Positions 12,168 through 24,230 of a stretch of 64,000 bases of DNA are shown here, in pieces. Below the pieces are notes generated by a model. It did no database searches. It was given only the letters and a program-made list of their open reading frames with translations, and was not told the DNA's origin. Each line of letters begins with the position of its first letter. The first letter of the stretch is position 1. The stretch covers positions 192,001-256,000 of the forward strand of contig JBFPLN010000003.1 in NCBI GenBank assembly GCA_051971635.1. Direction: 5' to 3'. The position numbers and the translations under genes were made by a program. Source of the DNA: Candidatus Atelocyanobacterium thalassae (GTDB lineage Bacteria > Cyanobacteriota > Cyanobacteriia > Cyanobacteriales > Microcystaceae).

Positions 12168-14105
12168 GTGTCGTTTAGAACTATTCGACAAAAACAAAAC
12201 GATAAAGAATTTTTGGCTATCAAAAATTCTTTTATTAGAGGAACTTTTCGTACTGTAAAAAAAACTACTCTGGGACTTAGTCTACTAACAACTTCAGTTG
12301 TTGTCGGAGGATTGGTAGGACTAGCTATTAGTTTCCGAAATTTACCTAATGTACGTACTCTTAGTAACTACTCTCCATCAGAAACTAGCTACGTTTATGA
12401 CATCAAAGGCAAGTTAATATCTCGACTTCATGGTGAGGCAAACCGCGAAGCTGTGGCGTTCAAACAAATTTCACCTAACCTAAAACGAGCAGTCTTGGCT
12501 ATTGAAGATAGTCACTTTTATCTACATCACGGGATCAATCCTAATAGTATAGGGAGAGCCATGTGGGTCAATTGGAAAAGTGGCGGAGTTGTAGAAGGCG
12601 CTTCAACATTAACTATGCAATTAGTTAAAAATATTTTTTTGAGCAGTGATCGGACTTTTAGTCGAAAACTTTCTGAAGCAGTCTTAGCAATTCGTATAGA
12701 GCAAGTATTTTCGAAAAATCAAATAATGGAAATGTACCTCAATAATATTTACTGGGGACATAACAATTATGGTGTACAAACTGCAGCGCAAAGTTATTTC
12801 AATAAACCTGCTGCTAAGTTAAATTTACCTGAAGCAGCTTTGATGGCAGGTTTAATTCAAGCTCCAGAAACACATAGTCCTTTTTTCGATTATAAAAAAG
12901 CAAAGAAAAGGCAAAAAGTTGTTCTTGATCGGATGGCTGCCTTAGGATGGATTACTGAGAAGGAAGCGACAATAGCTTACAAAACATCTTTAGAAATTGG
13001 AAAACCAACTTCATGGCAAGCGAGTAAGCTACCTTATGTTAGTGATACAGTGATGCAAGAACTGAAAGGTAAGTTCAGTAAAGATATAATATTGAAAGGC
13101 GGAATGCGTATACAAACGTCTATTGACTATGTTACACAACAAAAAGCTGAAAGGGCAGTTAAAAATGGATATAAAAAATTAAGACAGCAGGGTATATCTG
13201 CTAAAGATCTTCAAATTGCCTTAGTAGCTATTGATCCTCGTACTCATTTCATTAAAGCAATTGTTGGGGGAGTAAATTACAATACAAGCCAGTTGAACCG
13301 GGCTACTCAATCCCGTCGTCAACCAGGTTCATCTTTTAAACCATTTGTCTATTATACAGCATTTGCTAGTGGAAAGTTTACACCAAGCTCAGTAATCAAT
13401 GATAGCCCCGTTAGTTATAAAGATGGGGCGGGACAATTATATAGCCCTAAAAATTATGGTGGAAAGTTTTCAGGAACTATGTCAATAAAGTCCGCCTTAA
13501 TGAAGTCTCGTAATGTTCCTGCCGTAATTATTGGACAAAAAGTCGGAGTAAGAAAAATAATTGACGTTTGCCGTTTATTAGGGATAACTAGTCCTATGCG
13601 TCCAGTAATTTCTCTTCCTCTAGGAGCTGGGGATATTACGCCTTTGGAAATGGCTAATGCTTATGCAACTTTCGCTAGCAACGGTTGGTATGCTGACCCT
13701 ACCATTATTCTTAAAGTCACTGATAGTAAAGGTAATATTCTACTAGATAATACTCCTCAACCATACTTTGTTCTTGATCCCTGGGCGACATCTTCTTTGA
13801 CTAGTGTTTTACAAGAAGTTATTCAAAGAGGTACAGGAAGAGCAGCTAATATTGGCAGACCGGCAGCAGGAAAAACTGGAACTACAGATAATGAGCGCAA
13901 TGTTTGGTTTGTAGGTTACGTGCCCCAATTAGCAACTGCTGTATGGGTCGGTGATGACGCTAATCGAACTATGGGGAAAGGTATAACAGGAGGCGGTCAT
14001 GCGGCACCTATATGGCGTAGCTTTATGAAAGAAGCTTTGAAAAATGAACCAATCAAGCAATTTCATGCAGCCTCTAAATTTTCTCGTCCTCAAACTAAAA
14101 AATAA
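12168..14105 (+). CDS. Class A penicillin-binding protein (PBP1A family; transglycosylase/transpeptidase)
   Basis: AIEDSHF, GASTLTMQLVKN, RKLSE, SSFK (SxxK), SRN, KTGT; start placed at GTG 12168 by RBS position (the ORF track extends to 12093). Confidence 0.93.
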   Translation: MSFRTIRQKQNDKEFLAIKNSFIRGTFRTVKKTTLGLSLLTTSVVVGGLVGLAISFRNLPNVRTLSNYSPSETSYVYDIKGKLISRLHGEANREAVAFKQISPNLKRAVLAIEDSHFYLHHGINPNSIGRAMWVNWKSGGVVEGASTLTMQLVKNIFLSSDRTFSRKLSEAVLAIRIEQVFSKNQIMEMYLNNIYWGHNNYGVQTAAQSYFNKPAAKLNLPEAALMAGLIQAPETHSPFFDYKKAKKRQKVVLDRMAALGWITEKEATIAYKTSLEIGKPTSWQASKLPYVSDTVMQELKGKFSKDIILKGGMRIQTSIDYVTQQKAERAVKNGYKKLRQQGISAKDLQIALVAIDPRTHFIKAIVGGVNYNTSQLNRATQSRRQPGSSFKPFVYYTAFASGKFTPSSVINDSPVSYKDGAGQLYSPKNYGGKFSGTMSIKSALMKSRNVPAVIIGQKVGVRKIIDVCRLLGITSPMRPVISLPLGAGDITPLEMANAYATFASNGWYADPTIILKVTDSKGNILLDNTPQPYFVLDPWATSSLTSVLQEVIQRGTGRAANIGRPAAGKTGTTDNERNVWFVGYVPQLATAVWVGDDANRTMGKGITGGGHAAPIWRSFMKEALKNEPIKQFHAASKFSRPQTKK

Positions 14106-14419
14106 AGCTAATATTAGTTTTGTTAATTAAAGATTTTAAAAATAGATTTCAAGAATTAATAATATTAAGCACTTAAATCTATTATCTTTACAACAATATA
14201 TCTTCAGTTTTATAAAGTTTATTTAGTTAGACTTATAAAAATGTATAAGTAATCCTAATTCATGAACAATAGTAATTTTTGTCTTTAATGATTAATTTCA
14301 TATTGGTTAGTACTTTTATTTTAAGGCAACCATACCTCAATTAGATAAAAGTCATGTACACTATTTAGATATTTGTTAAAGCCAAAATACTTTCCTTCTT
14401 ATTTAAGTAGTTTTAAATT

Positions 14420-17041
14420 ATGTCTTTTGTTGGTTTACACATACACAGTGACTATAGTTTACTTGATGGAGCATCTCAATTAGATGCTTTGGTTGATCGT
14501 GCTATTGAATTGGGGATGCCTGCAATAGCTCTAACTGATCATGGAGTTATGTATGGAGCGATTGAATTAATTAAAGTTTGTAAAAGCAAAAATATTAAGC
14601 CTATTATCGGCAATGAGATGTATGTCATAAACGGAGACATTAGGGAAAAAAAACGATATAAAAAGTATCATCAAGTTGTTTTAGCTAAAAATACACAGGG
14701 ATATAAAAATCTATCAAAACTTACTACAATTTCTCATCTTCAAGGAGTACAAGGTAAAGGAATATTTTCACGTCCTTGTATTAATAAGGAGTTATTACAG
14801 AAATATCATGAAGGATTAATAGTAACTAGTGCTTGCTTAGGAGGAGAAATACCTCAAAATATATTAGCAGGAGATATCCAGGGTGCAATAGAGGTAGCTC
14901 AATGGTACAAAGAATTATTTACAGATGATTTTTATCTAGAAATTCAAGATCATGGATCTATAGAAGATAGAATTGTAAACGTCGCAATTAACAAAATTGC
15001 TCAGGATTTAAATATTCAAATTGTAGCTACTAATGATTCTCACTTCATTTCTTGCTATGATGTTGAGGCGCACGACGCCTTATTGTGCATTCAAACTGGA
15101 AAACTGATTTCCGATGAAAAAAGGCTAAGATATAGCGGAACCGAATATTTAAAGTCTACTGATGAAATGAAATTACTTTTTCGAGATCATCTTACTGATG
15201 ATGTTATAGAAAAAGCGATTAATAATACTATAGAAGTTGCTAATAAGGTTGATACTTATCATATTTTAGGGGAACCACGTATCCCTGATTATCCAGTTCC
15301 TTTAGGACATAATCTTGATAGTTATGTGAAAGAGCTTAGTTTAGAAGGATTGTTAAAAAGATTAGAGTGTGAGTCTATAAACGAAGTTTCAGAAGAATAT
15401 AAAGAGCGCTTAGAATATGAGTTAGATATGCTTGTAAAAATGGGATTTTCAAGTTACTTCTTAGTGGTTTGGGATTATATCAAGTACGCAAGAGATAATA
15501 AAATTCCTGTGGGCCCAGGAAGAGGATCTGCAGCAGGCTCTTTAGTAGCCTATGCTTTAAAAATTACAAATATTGATCCTATTTATCACGGCTTACTTTT
15601 CGAAAGGTTTTTAAATCCTGAAAGAAAATCTATGCCTGATGTTGATACAGATTTTTGTATTGAGAAACGCGATGAAATGATTAGATATGTAACAAAAAAA
15701 TACGGTGAGAAAAATGTTGCCCAAATTATTACATTTAATCGGATGACTTCTAAAGCTGTTTTAAAGGACGTAGCAAGGGTATTAAATATTCCGTATTCTG
15801 AATCAGATAAAATGACTAAAATGATTCCTGTAACAAGGGGAAAACCGGCTAAATTAAAGGTAATGGTTTCTGACGAAACTCCTTCTCAAGATTTTAAAAA
15901 TCGATATGATCAAGATCCACTTGTTAGACGATGGTTAGATATGGCTATTCGTATTGAGGGCACTAATAAAACATTTGGAGTTCATGCAGCAGGGGTAGTA
16001 ATTTCTTCAGAACCTTTAGATGAAATTGTTCCTTTACAAAAAAATAATGACGGAGCAGTAATAACACAGTATTACATGGAAGATTTAGAGTCATTAGGTC
16101 TACTAAAAATGGATTTTTTAGGACTAAGAAATTTAACAACAATACAACGAGCTGCCGATCTAATTGAAAAGAATCAGAACATTAAATTAGATTTAGATAA
16201 ATTACCTCTTGACGAAAGAGAGGCTTTGAGAAGATTGGATCAAGAAAAAAATATAAAATTACCTGTTGATATTGAAAAAACTCATAAATTATTAGAGAAA
16301 GGTGACTTAGAGGGAATTTTTCAATTAGAGTCTTCAGGAATGAAGCAAATAGTTAAAGATTTAAAACCATCAAGAATAGAAGATATATCTTCTATTCTTG
16401 CTTTATATCGCCCTGGACCACTAGATGCAGGATTAATACCAAAATTTATTAATCGTAAACATGGTAGAGAGAAAATTAAATATGAACATAAACTCTTAGA
16501 GCCTATTTTAAAAGAAACTTATGCTGTTTTAGTTTATCAAGAGCAAATCATGACAATGGCACAAGATTTAGCTGGATATTCTCTTGGAGAAGCAGATTTG
16601 TTACGTCGTGCTATGGGTAAGAAAAAAGCATCAGAGATGGAAAAACATCAACAAAATTTTATTGATGGATCAGTTAAGAACGGAGTCTCTCAAGCTGTTG
16701 CAGAAAATTTATTCCAACAGATGGTTAAGTTTGCTGAATATTGTCTTAGTTATCATACACAAGTTATGACAGTTGAGTATGGACCATTACCTATTGGAAA
16801 AATAGTACAAGAAAATATTGAATGCAAAGTTTATACCATTAATAGTCAAGGACTTGTCTATACCCAATCAATTGCTCAATGGCATGATAGAGGAGAACAA
16901 GAAATTTTTGAATACTATCTTGATGACGAAACAATCATTAGAGCAACTAAAGATCATCAATTTATGACTATTGATGACGTAATGATGCCTATTGATGAAA
17001 TTTTTGAAAAAGGATTAGACTTGAAGAAAATCAAATTGTAG
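14420..17041 (+). CDS. dnaE: DNA polymerase III alpha subunit, N-terminal half with split-intein N fragment
   Basis: PHP domain [30 protein letters not shown]; ends ..KFAEY|CLSY.. with no C-terminal OB domain. Confidence 0.97.
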   Translation: MSFVGLHIHSDYSLLDGASQLDALVDRAIELGMPAIALTDHGVMYGAIELIKVCKSKNIKPIIGNEMYVINGDIREKKRYKKYHQVVLAKNTQGYKNLSKLTTISHLQGVQGKGIFSRPCINKELLQKYHEGLIVTSACLGGEIPQNILAGDIQGAIEVAQWYKELFTDDFYLEIQDHGSIEDRIVNVAINKIAQDLNIQIVATNDSHFISCYDVEAHDALLCIQTGKLISDEKRLRYSGTEYLKSTDEMKLLFRDHLTDDVIEKAINNTIEVANKVDTYHILGEPRIPDYPVPLGHNLDSYVKELSLEGLLKRLECESINEVSEEYKERLEYELDMLVKMGFSSYFLVVWDYIKYARDNKIPVGPGRGSAAGSLVAYALKITNIDPIYHGLLFERFLNPERKSMPDVDTDFCIEKRDEMIRYVTKKYGEKNVAQIITFNRMTSKAVLKDVARVLNIPYSESDKMTKMIPVTRGKPAKLKVMVSDETPSQDFKNRYDQDPLVRRWLDMAIRIEGTNKTFGVHAAGVVISSEPLDEIVPLQKNNDGAVITQYYMEDLESLGLLKMDFLGLRNLTTIQRAADLIEKNQNIKLDLDKLPLDEREALRRLDQEKNIKLPVDIEKTHKLLEKGDLEGIFQLESSGMKQIVKDLKPSRIEDISSILALYRPGPLDAGLIPKFINRKHGREKIKYEHKLLEPILKETYAVLVYQEQIMTMAQDLAGYSLGEADLLRRAMGKKKASEMEKHQQNFIDGSVKNGVSQAVAENLFQQMVKFAEYCLSYHTQVMTVEYGPLPIGKIVQENIECKVYTINSQGLVYTQSIAQWHDRGEQEIFEYYLDDETIIRATKDHQFMTIDDVMMPIDEIFEKGLDLKKIKL
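16742..17038 (+). other. Split DnaE intein, N-terminal fragment (99 aa)
   Basis: Begins [14 protein letters not shown] at residue 775; block [13 protein letters not shown] stops without an intein C-terminus. Confidence 0.95.
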
Positions 17042-17109
17042 AAAAATAAATTAAATTGTAAATGAATTGTTCCTACATCTTCAAGCGCAAGTAATAAATG
17101 ATTAAACTA

Positions 17110-18081
17110 TTAATAAAGCCTGTTTAGCACATAACCAACAAGTTCAGCGAGGGATTGAGAAAATGGAGATGGTTCAAGACAGTCCAACTGTTCAATAGCT
17201 AATTGAGCATAATATTTTGCCAGTTCTTGTGAACGTTGAATTCCTTTACTTTCAGCTACTATTGATAGGGCTTTTTCTATATCTTTTTCTTCATTAAACT
17301 CTCTTTTAATGAGTTTTGCCAAGTATGGTGTTTCTTCCATTGCAAATAAAGTAGGAGCAGTTATATTACCGTTAATTAAGTCTGAACCCGCAGGTTTTCC
17401 TAACACTTTTGTTGGTGAAGTAAAGTCAAGAATATCATCGACAATTTGAAAAGCTAGTCCTAAACATCTTCCATAGGTATAAACACTGTTAATAATATCT
17501 GAAGAAGAGTTACTTAAAATAGTTGCAGATTTAGCACTATTAGCAATTAAGGAAGCTGTTTTATAATAACTTTTATCTAAATACGAATCTAAAGTTAGAG
17601 TTGTATCAAAACGTTTAATTCCTTGAGAAATTTCACCTTCTGCAAAATCGCGAATAACTTCAGAAAGTAGTTTTACTACTTGTAAATTATCCAGATTAGC
17701 TAAGTACCAAGAAGATTGAGCAAACAGAAAATCTCCTGCAAGGACAGCAATCCGATTATCAAAAAGGCTATTTACTGTAGGAACATTACGTCGTAAAACT
17801 GCCTCGTCGACTATATCATCATGAACTAGACTCGCAGTGTGAATCATTTCAGTTATTTCCGCAAGTCGACGATGATGGGGGGTAATATCACCTTCTAACA
17901 TAGTCGCTTTAGATACTAGTAGTACTATGGCAGGACGAATATGTTTGCCTCCAGCATCAAACAAATGTTCAGCTGCTGCACTAAGAATAGGATGTCGTGT
18001 TCCAACTAAACTCTTTAAATTATTTCTTAAAAGGTTTAAATCGTCTTCTACGGGAGAAAAAAGAGAGGTTTTTGAGGTCAT
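17110..18081 (-). CDS. sds: Solanesyl diphosphate synthase
   Basis: GGKHIRP, HTASLVHDDIVD and FQIVDDILD aspartate-rich motifs; 323 aa. Confidence 0.92.
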   Translation of the reverse strand: MTSKTSLFSPVEDDLNLLRNNLKSLVGTRHPILSAAAEHLFDAGGKHIRPAIVLLVSKATMLEGDITPHHRRLAEITEMIHTASLVHDDIVDEAVLRRNVPTVNSLFDNRIAVLAGDFLFAQSSWYLANLDNLQVVKLLSEVIRDFAEGEISQGIKRFDTTLTLDSYLDKSYYKTASLIANSAKSATILSNSSSDIINSVYTYGRCLGLAFQIVDDILDFTSPTKVLGKPAGSDLINGNITAPTLFAMEETPYLAKLIKREFNEEKDIEKALSIVAESKGIQRSQELAKYYAQLAIEQLDCLEPSPFSQSLAELVGYVLNRLY

Positions 18082-18505
18082 ACGGTTAGCTAAACCTGAT
18101 TATTCAGTCATAAAATTTTACATACCGCTATATTTATTCTAAGCTAACCTTTCCACACTAGGAAGCCCTGTAATTTTTTTTTTAATAGTGATACTACTAA
18201 ATGTTTAAAAAAACTTGAATTAGTTAAAATAACCATTTACTAAATTACTATATATGATAGTTTATTAATAAAAACTTTAACAACCCAATATATATGAAAA
18301 GTGATAGTATTTTTCATGACTAGAAATCTAAAATCAGAAATTGTCATACGTAATCTTGATTGTGTCTTATTATGTATGAACAATAAATGGCTATACTTTG
18401 AGTTATTACAAAATCAGTTGCTAAATTAGAAATAAGTTATCAAGAATAATATGGAAGTTAGTTTTTTTACTCATTTTATCTTTAATCATTAACTACTAAG
18501 GACTA

Positions 18506-19306
18506 TTACTTAATGAAAGAAACAAAGTCAACTAGAGGATAGTACCCTAACCATTTTTTAGAAAGACGAGAAAATTTCTTTGGAGAACCAGAAGTAACAA
18601 ATTTTACGTTAAAGTAAGAATTTTTTCTATGTAAATTCATTACTTCTAGCTCTTTCCTTATTGATTGTGCCACATAGTATGCAGGATCTATCAATTCAAT
18701 TTTAGAAGGTATAATATTTTTAATTATTTTTTCTAAATGTTTATAGTGAGTACAGCCATATACAAGCGTATCAATATTTTTTTCTAATAAAGGATTAATA
18801 TATTTTTTAAGAATGTTTTGCGTATGGGAATCGTAAATTTTATTACGCTCAATTAGAGGAACAAGTTCAGGACAACCTACTTGCCATACTTTTATGTCAG
18901 AATTAATTTCTTGAATAGCTTTGCGATAAGAATCGCTTTTGGCAGTTGCAAGAGTAGAAATGATCCCAATCCGCTGTCCATATTCTGTAGCTGCTTTAGC
19001 TCCAGGAGAAATTACTCCCAAAATAGGAAAATCAAACTCTTTACGAACAGCCTCTAAAGCTAGGGCAGAACTAGTATTACAAGCCATAACAGCCATCTTT
19101 ACTTTATTATGGCTCATCCAGGTTAATATTTCTCTAGCAAATCGTAATATTTCAGTCGAAGAGCGGTTTCCATAAGGAAGTCTAGCATTATCAGCAAAGT
19201 ATAAAATTGACTCTTGAGGTAGTAATTTATGAATTTCTTGAAAGACAGTTAGTCCTCCTACCCCACTATCAAAAATTCCTATTGGACAATTATTCACTGT
19301 TCTCAT
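18506..19306 (-). CDS. murI: Glutamate racemase
   Basis: IGIFDSGVGGLTV, ACNTSS, GCTHY. Confidence 0.96.
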   Translation of the reverse strand: MRTVNNCPIGIFDSGVGGLTVFQEIHKLLPQESILYFADNARLPYGNRSSTEILRFAREILTWMSHNKVKMAVMACNTSSALALEAVRKEFDFPILGVISPGAKAATEYGQRIGIISTLATAKSDSYRKAIQEINSDIKVWQVGCPELVPLIERNKIYDSHTQNILKKYINPLLEKNIDTLVYGCTHYKHLEKIIKNIIPSKIELIDPAYYVAQSIRKELEVMNLHRKNSYFNVKFVTSGSPKKFSRLSKKWLGYYPLVDFVSFIK

Positions 19307-19612
19307 CTGCAATTATTTTATAAAAAATTCTTTAATAACCAAAAATAGTATTATATTCATGTTAATTATGTCGTGCAAAAAAGAATAGTTAAAATTTTTG
19401 TTTTAAGGATAATTTTGTGGGTCCTAATAAAAATAGCTAAATATTTTAATACGGAATATTTTCAATTTTTTTAACTAACTAGTTTCTAGTAATTTAAAGA
19501 AGTTAGTATCCTGATATTTTTTATTAGGTAAAGTCAATATTTTTTATTTTAATGCATGATTAAAAATATTAAGACGACATGATCTATTGTGCTAGATTTT
19601 TATTAATCTAAA

Positions 19613-21004
19613 TTAGGTAATATTTTGTTTCTGAGGAGTAAGGAAGGGCTCTTTTAAAATACTTCTAAGAAGAAGAGGAGCCAAGAAAGTCGTAAAAATA
19701 ACCATTACAATAATTGACGCTTCTATAGGTTTAGATAATACACCACTAGCTGAACCAACACCTACAAATACTAAACCAACCTCACCTCGAGGAATCATTC
19801 CTACACCAATAGCAAGTTTATTAAGTTCAGTCTGACCAATAATAGTAAATCCAGAAATAATTTTCCCTACAATAGCTACAAATATTAAAAATCCAGCTAA
19901 AATCAATCCTTCTCTATTATTTGGATCAGTGGGATTTAGAACACTTAAATCTGTTTTCGCTCCGACACATACAAAAAATATAGGAACAAAAATATCAGAA
20001 ATAGGGGCTATTAAATCTTGGAGTTGTTTACGTTTTTCTGTCTCTGCTAAAACTAATCCCGCAGCAAAAGAACCGAGAATAGTTTCTAGATGAATGATTT
20101 GAGCTATATAAGATAGTACAAAAGCAAAGCATAAAGATATTAATAATAACTGACCCCTGGTCTTCATCTTATCGACTAACTTAACGTATGTTGGATGCAA
20201 CAGACGTCCTACAAAAATTGCTCCGATCAAAAATACAGCTGCACTAAAAGATAAATAAACAATATTAATGATCTCAACTTGTCCTGTCTTAATTAAACTT
20301 GCTACTACTGCTAGAACAATAATTCCTAAGATGTCATCTAAAACAGCTGCTCCAATTATAATTTGTCCCTCTGGAGAGCTAAGATGACCAAGTTCAGCTA
20401 AAACTTTAGCTGTAATTCCAATACTGGTAGCTGTTAAAGCCGCACCAGCAAAAATTGAAGGAATTATATCAATATGAAATAAATAAGTTAAACCTAAAGT
20501 TCCTAATACAAATGGAGCAACCACGCCAGCTACTGCCACCATTATTGACTGAGGACCAACACTAATTAATTCTTTTAAATTAGATTCTAGACCAATTTCA
20601 AATAAAAGAATAATAACACCAAGTTCCGAAAGAATCGAAATGATTTCGCCCTGAGAATTAAAAATAGTTTGCATATTTTCAGGAGTGACATCAGCTGTAA
20701 ATTGCAAGAACTTCATAATCAATGAGTTATTTGCAGTATTCATACCTTCTGGAAAAACCAGTAACCCTAAAATAGATATGCCTATTACTACTCCTCCGAC
20801 TAATTCTCCCAGTACGGGAGGAAGATCGATACGAGCACAAATTTCACCTCCTAATTTACTTGCAAAATAAATTATTACTAGACTAAGCAATATACTAGCT
20901 AAAACAAGAGAAGTATCAGCATCTGTATGCTCTGGTATTGTTGCTAAGAAAGAAATATAAAAATTGTAATCTATAAAATTTAAAATTGAACTCAATATAT
21001 CCAT
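19613..21004 (-). CDS. CPA2-family Na+/H+ antiporter (NhaS3-like)
   Basis: LLFEIGLES, ATSIGIT, GAAVLDD, GMIPRGEVGL. Confidence 0.9.
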   Translation of the reverse strand: MDILSSILNFIDYNFYISFLATIPEHTDADTSLVLASILLSLVIIYFASKLGGEICARIDLPPVLGELVGGVVIGISILGLLVFPEGMNTANNSLIMKFLQFTADVTPENMQTIFNSQGEIISILSELGVIILLFEIGLESNLKELISVGPQSIMVAVAGVVAPFVLGTLGLTYLFHIDIIPSIFAGAALTATSIGITAKVLAELGHLSSPEGQIIIGAAVLDDILGIIVLAVVASLIKTGQVEIINIVYLSFSAAVFLIGAIFVGRLLHPTYVKLVDKMKTRGQLLLISLCFAFVLSYIAQIIHLETILGSFAAGLVLAETEKRKQLQDLIAPISDIFVPIFFVCVGAKTDLSVLNPTDPNNREGLILAGFLIFVAIVGKIISGFTIIGQTELNKLAIGVGMIPRGEVGLVFVGVGSASGVLSKPIEASIIVMVIFTTFLAPLLLRSILKEPFLTPQKQNIT

Positions 21005-21535
21005 ACAAATCTGTGTTTACCTAAAAAAATAGCTACATTTGATAATAATCTAAGTAAAATAATTGTTATATACTTTACATAACACATCAACTTTTAAGTA
21101 TTTAAAAGCATCCTAAACATTTAAAAATTAAAAGCTTTTTGTGTTTTAAGTTAGAGGCATCATTGAAGAAATAATATACTACCATTGTATTACTTAATAT
21201 GAAAAACATATTGAATTAATTTTAAAAATTAATATGTAAAATCATTTATGTTTTTAAAAAAATAATCCTACGTTAGTATTAGTATGGCATTATTAGCTTT
21301 CTTTAATTCGTTTCAAATAAATTAATACGAACTATTTTCTACAATATAGTACAACGATACTTTCTTGCTAACACTTTATTTTTAATGTAAAAAAACAAAG
21401 AAATTAATAAGTAAGCTAGTCAACAAGTAATGACTAGTTTACTATGTAAAGCTACCCGATTATGAATCATAATCATTTTACATAATAACCAGTTCTTATT
21501 AAACTAAGAAAAGTATAAAAAAGGTTAAATTCATT

Positions 21536-22579
21536 ATGGCCCTATTACTTGCTGGAGACATCGGTGGAACTAAAACGATTTTAAGTTTAGTTAACTCAGA
21601 AAGTGTTGAAAACGGTCAGAAATTACCCCAGCAAAAAAGCTTATATGAAAAAACATATCCTAGTCAAGAATTTACAGATCTTGTACCAATCGTAAGACAT
21701 TTTTACGAAGAAGCAGGACTTGAACTGGGTTCAAAAGTAATAGTAAAAAATGCTTGTTTTGGGATTGCTGGTCCAGTAATTAATAACACTTCAAAACTAA
21801 CTAATCTGAACTGGTTTTTAACTAATAAACGCTTACAGGAAGAACTTTTTATAGATAAAATTAACTTGATTAATGACTTTGTGGCTATTAGCTATGGTAT
21901 CTTGGGTTTAAAAAGCGAAGATTTGTATACTTTACAGAATGTTAAGCCAAAATCAAAATCTCCTATAGCTGTTTTAGGAGCAGGTACAGGGTTAGGAGAA
22001 GGTTTTTTGATACCTTCGGAAAAAGGAAAGTACCTGGCTTTTCCATCCGAAGGTTCTCATGCGGATTTTGCGCCACATAATAGTTTAGGATTTGAATTAT
22101 CAACATATATCAAAGAAAAATATAACCTATCGAGAATATCAGTTGAGAGAGTGGTTTCTGGAATAGGAATCAGTACAATATATCAATTTTTACGCCAGAA
22201 ATATCCTGAAAAAGAAACAGAAAAAATGAGGGTAGCTTACAAAGCTTGGGAGGCTAAAAAAACTATTAATATCTCGGCAACTATATCCAAAACTGCAATG
22301 GAAGATGATGATTTTTTATGTCAGCAAACAATGAAACTTTTCATTGAATCTTATGGCTCAGAAGCAGGTAACTTAGCTTTAAAATTATTGCCATATAGTG
22401 GACTATATATTGCCGGAGGAATAGCTGCAAAGATATTACCCTTAATGAAAAGTGAGATATTTACAGATTCTTTTAAATCTAAAGGAAGAATGAGCTCTCT
22501 CTTATCTGAAATTCCTATACATATAATATTGAACCCAAAAGTTGGTTTAATTGGAGCTGCATTATATGCAGCTCAGTAA
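21536..22579 (+). CDS. glk: Glucokinase
   Basis: [40 protein letters not shown]. Confidence 0.96.
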   Translation: MALLLAGDIGGTKTILSLVNSESVENGQKLPQQKSLYEKTYPSQEFTDLVPIVRHFYEEAGLELGSKVIVKNACFGIAGPVINNTSKLTNLNWFLTNKRLQEELFIDKINLINDFVAISYGILGLKSEDLYTLQNVKPKSKSPIAVLGAGTGLGEGFLIPSEKGKYLAFPSEGSHADFAPHNSLGFELSTYIKEKYNLSRISVERVVSGIGISTIYQFLRQKYPEKETEKMRVAYKAWEAKKTINISATISKTAMEDDDFLCQQTMKLFIESYGSEAGNLALKLLPYSGLYIAGGIAAKILPLMKSEIFTDSFKSKGRMSSLLSEIPIHIILNPKVGLIGAALYAAQ

Positions 22580-22605
22580 AAAATCTAATTTACTTTTCAC
22601 AATTT

Positions 22606-23733
22606 ATGAGTTATAAACATACAATTGTTGTTAAAATCGGTACTTCGAATCTTACTCAACCAGAGACAAGAAAATTAGTTTTATCGACAATTAATTCTTT
22701 AGTTAAAACATTAACTAAGTTAAGACAATTAGGTCACAATATTGTTTTAGTTTCATCAGGAGCTGTCGGAGTAGGCTGTAGCCGCTTAAAGATAAAAGAA
22801 ACGCCTAAAAAAATTTCTTTAAAACAGGCAATCGCCGCAGTGGGACAAGGAAGGTTAATGCATGTATATGACGAACTTTTCACATCAATAGATCAGCCAA
22901 TAGCACAAATTTTATTGACTCGACGAGAATTGATGGAAAGAAGTTGTTACATAAATGCTAGAAATACTTTTAATGCTTTATTTAAATTAGGAGTAATTCC
23001 TATTGTTAATGAAAATGATACGGTTGCTATTGAAGAATTGAAATTTGGTGATAATGATACTCTTTCGGCCTCAGTCGCAAGTCTGATTAATGCAGATTGG
23101 TTATTTATATTAACAGATGTTGATTATCTTTATTCTGCCGACCCACGTTTATTCCCTGATGCTCAACCTATTAGTAACGTCGATAGTATACAGTTAGCTA
23201 AGTTACAAGTTCAAGCTAATAGTACAGGCTCTCAATGGGGAACAGGTGGAATGCTGACTAAATTAACAGCAGCGAAGTTAGCTACTAAAGCAGGAATAAC
23301 AACAGTTATTACTAATGGCAAATATCCAGAAAATTTAATTAAAATCGTTGATGGTGAAAATATTGGAACTAAATTTAGTGCATATTTAGATAACGATAAT
23401 GCCAGAAAACGTTGGATTGCTTATGGTTTATTGCCTGCAGGAAAACTTTATCTCAACAAAGAGTCAGTCATAGCAATTTCTCAAAAAGGAAAATCATTAT
23501 TAGTAGCAGGTGTTATAAAAGCTGAAGGAGATTTCAAATCTTTTGAGGCAGTTAAATTGTGTGATGAAATGGGACAAGAAATAGCAAGAGGAATCGTCAA
23601 TTACAGTAAACATGAAATTGATAAAATCAATGGAAACCGCTTAGATAATATATCTAGCTTACCAAATTGCAATAGATATGAGACGATTGTACATAAAAAC
23701 AATTTAGTTATTAGTAAAATTTCTAGATCATAA
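22606..23733 (+). CDS. proB: Glutamate 5-kinase with PUA domain
   Basis: [33 protein letters not shown]. Confidence 0.96.
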   Translation: MSYKHTIVVKIGTSNLTQPETRKLVLSTINSLVKTLTKLRQLGHNIVLVSSGAVGVGCSRLKIKETPKKISLKQAIAAVGQGRLMHVYDELFTSIDQPIAQILLTRRELMERSCYINARNTFNALFKLGVIPIVNENDTVAIEELKFGDNDTLSASVASLINADWLFILTDVDYLYSADPRLFPDAQPISNVDSIQLAKLQVQANSTGSQWGTGGMLTKLTAAKLATKAGITTVITNGKYPENLIKIVDGENIGTKFSAYLDNDNARKRWIAYGLLPAGKLYLNKESVIAISQKGKSLLVAGVIKAEGDFKSFEAVKLCDEMGQEIARGIVNYSKHEIDKINGNRLDNISSLPNCNRYETIVHKNNLVISKISRS

Positions 23734-23812
23734 TCTATATAATTAAAGCTGTACGGTTGAAAATATATATTTGTATATTTAAAAAGACTAAAAGACTAAT
23801 AAGGTATCTAAT

Positions 23813-23846
23813 AATTAAGTCTACGAAAAAGTTCGTAGACTTAATT
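23813..23846. terminator. 3' hairpin between convergent proB and petE
   Basis: Perfect 15-bp inverted repeat AATTAAGTCTACGAA / TTCGTAGACTTAATT with a 4-nt loop. Confidence 0.8.
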
Positions 23847-23870
23847 GTAAAACTATAATTTTCAGTATGA

Positions 23871-24230
23871 TTACTGTACAATAATTTTACCAACCATTCC
23901 AGCTCCGCGATGAGGTTCACAATAGTAGGTATATTCCCCAGTTTCATTGAAGGTGCTTTCAAATGATTCTCCAGGAGAAAAAAGTAATCCTTTATGAGAA
24001 TATTCTGAAGCATTTTCAAATACAACATTATGAGGAGCTAACTTATTATTGACCCATTTAACAGTATCTCCTGACTTAACTGTCACTGTTTTTGGTTCAA
24101 ATCCTAGCATTCCAGAATCGGTTCCCATTTTTACTTCAAAAGTTTTAGCTGCAGCAGGGCTAGCTGCAACAAAAAAACTAGAAATAACTAGGCAAAATGC
24201 AGCAATGAGCAATCCTAATTTTTTTAGCAT
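23871..24230 (-). CDS. petE: Plastocyanin precursor
   Basis: Signal peptide ending PAAA; copper ligands [15 protein letters not shown]. Confidence 0.97.
   Translation of the reverse strand: MLKKLGLLIAAFCLVISSFFVAASPAAAKTFEVKMGTDSGMLGFEPKTVTVKSGDTVKWVNNKLAPHNVVFENASEYSHKGLLFSPGESFESTFNETGEYTYYCEPHRGAGMVGKIIVQ

Noticed and set aside
14420..17041. Truncated dnaE pseudogene
   Set aside because: The shortened frame is the normal cyanobacterial split-intein architecture
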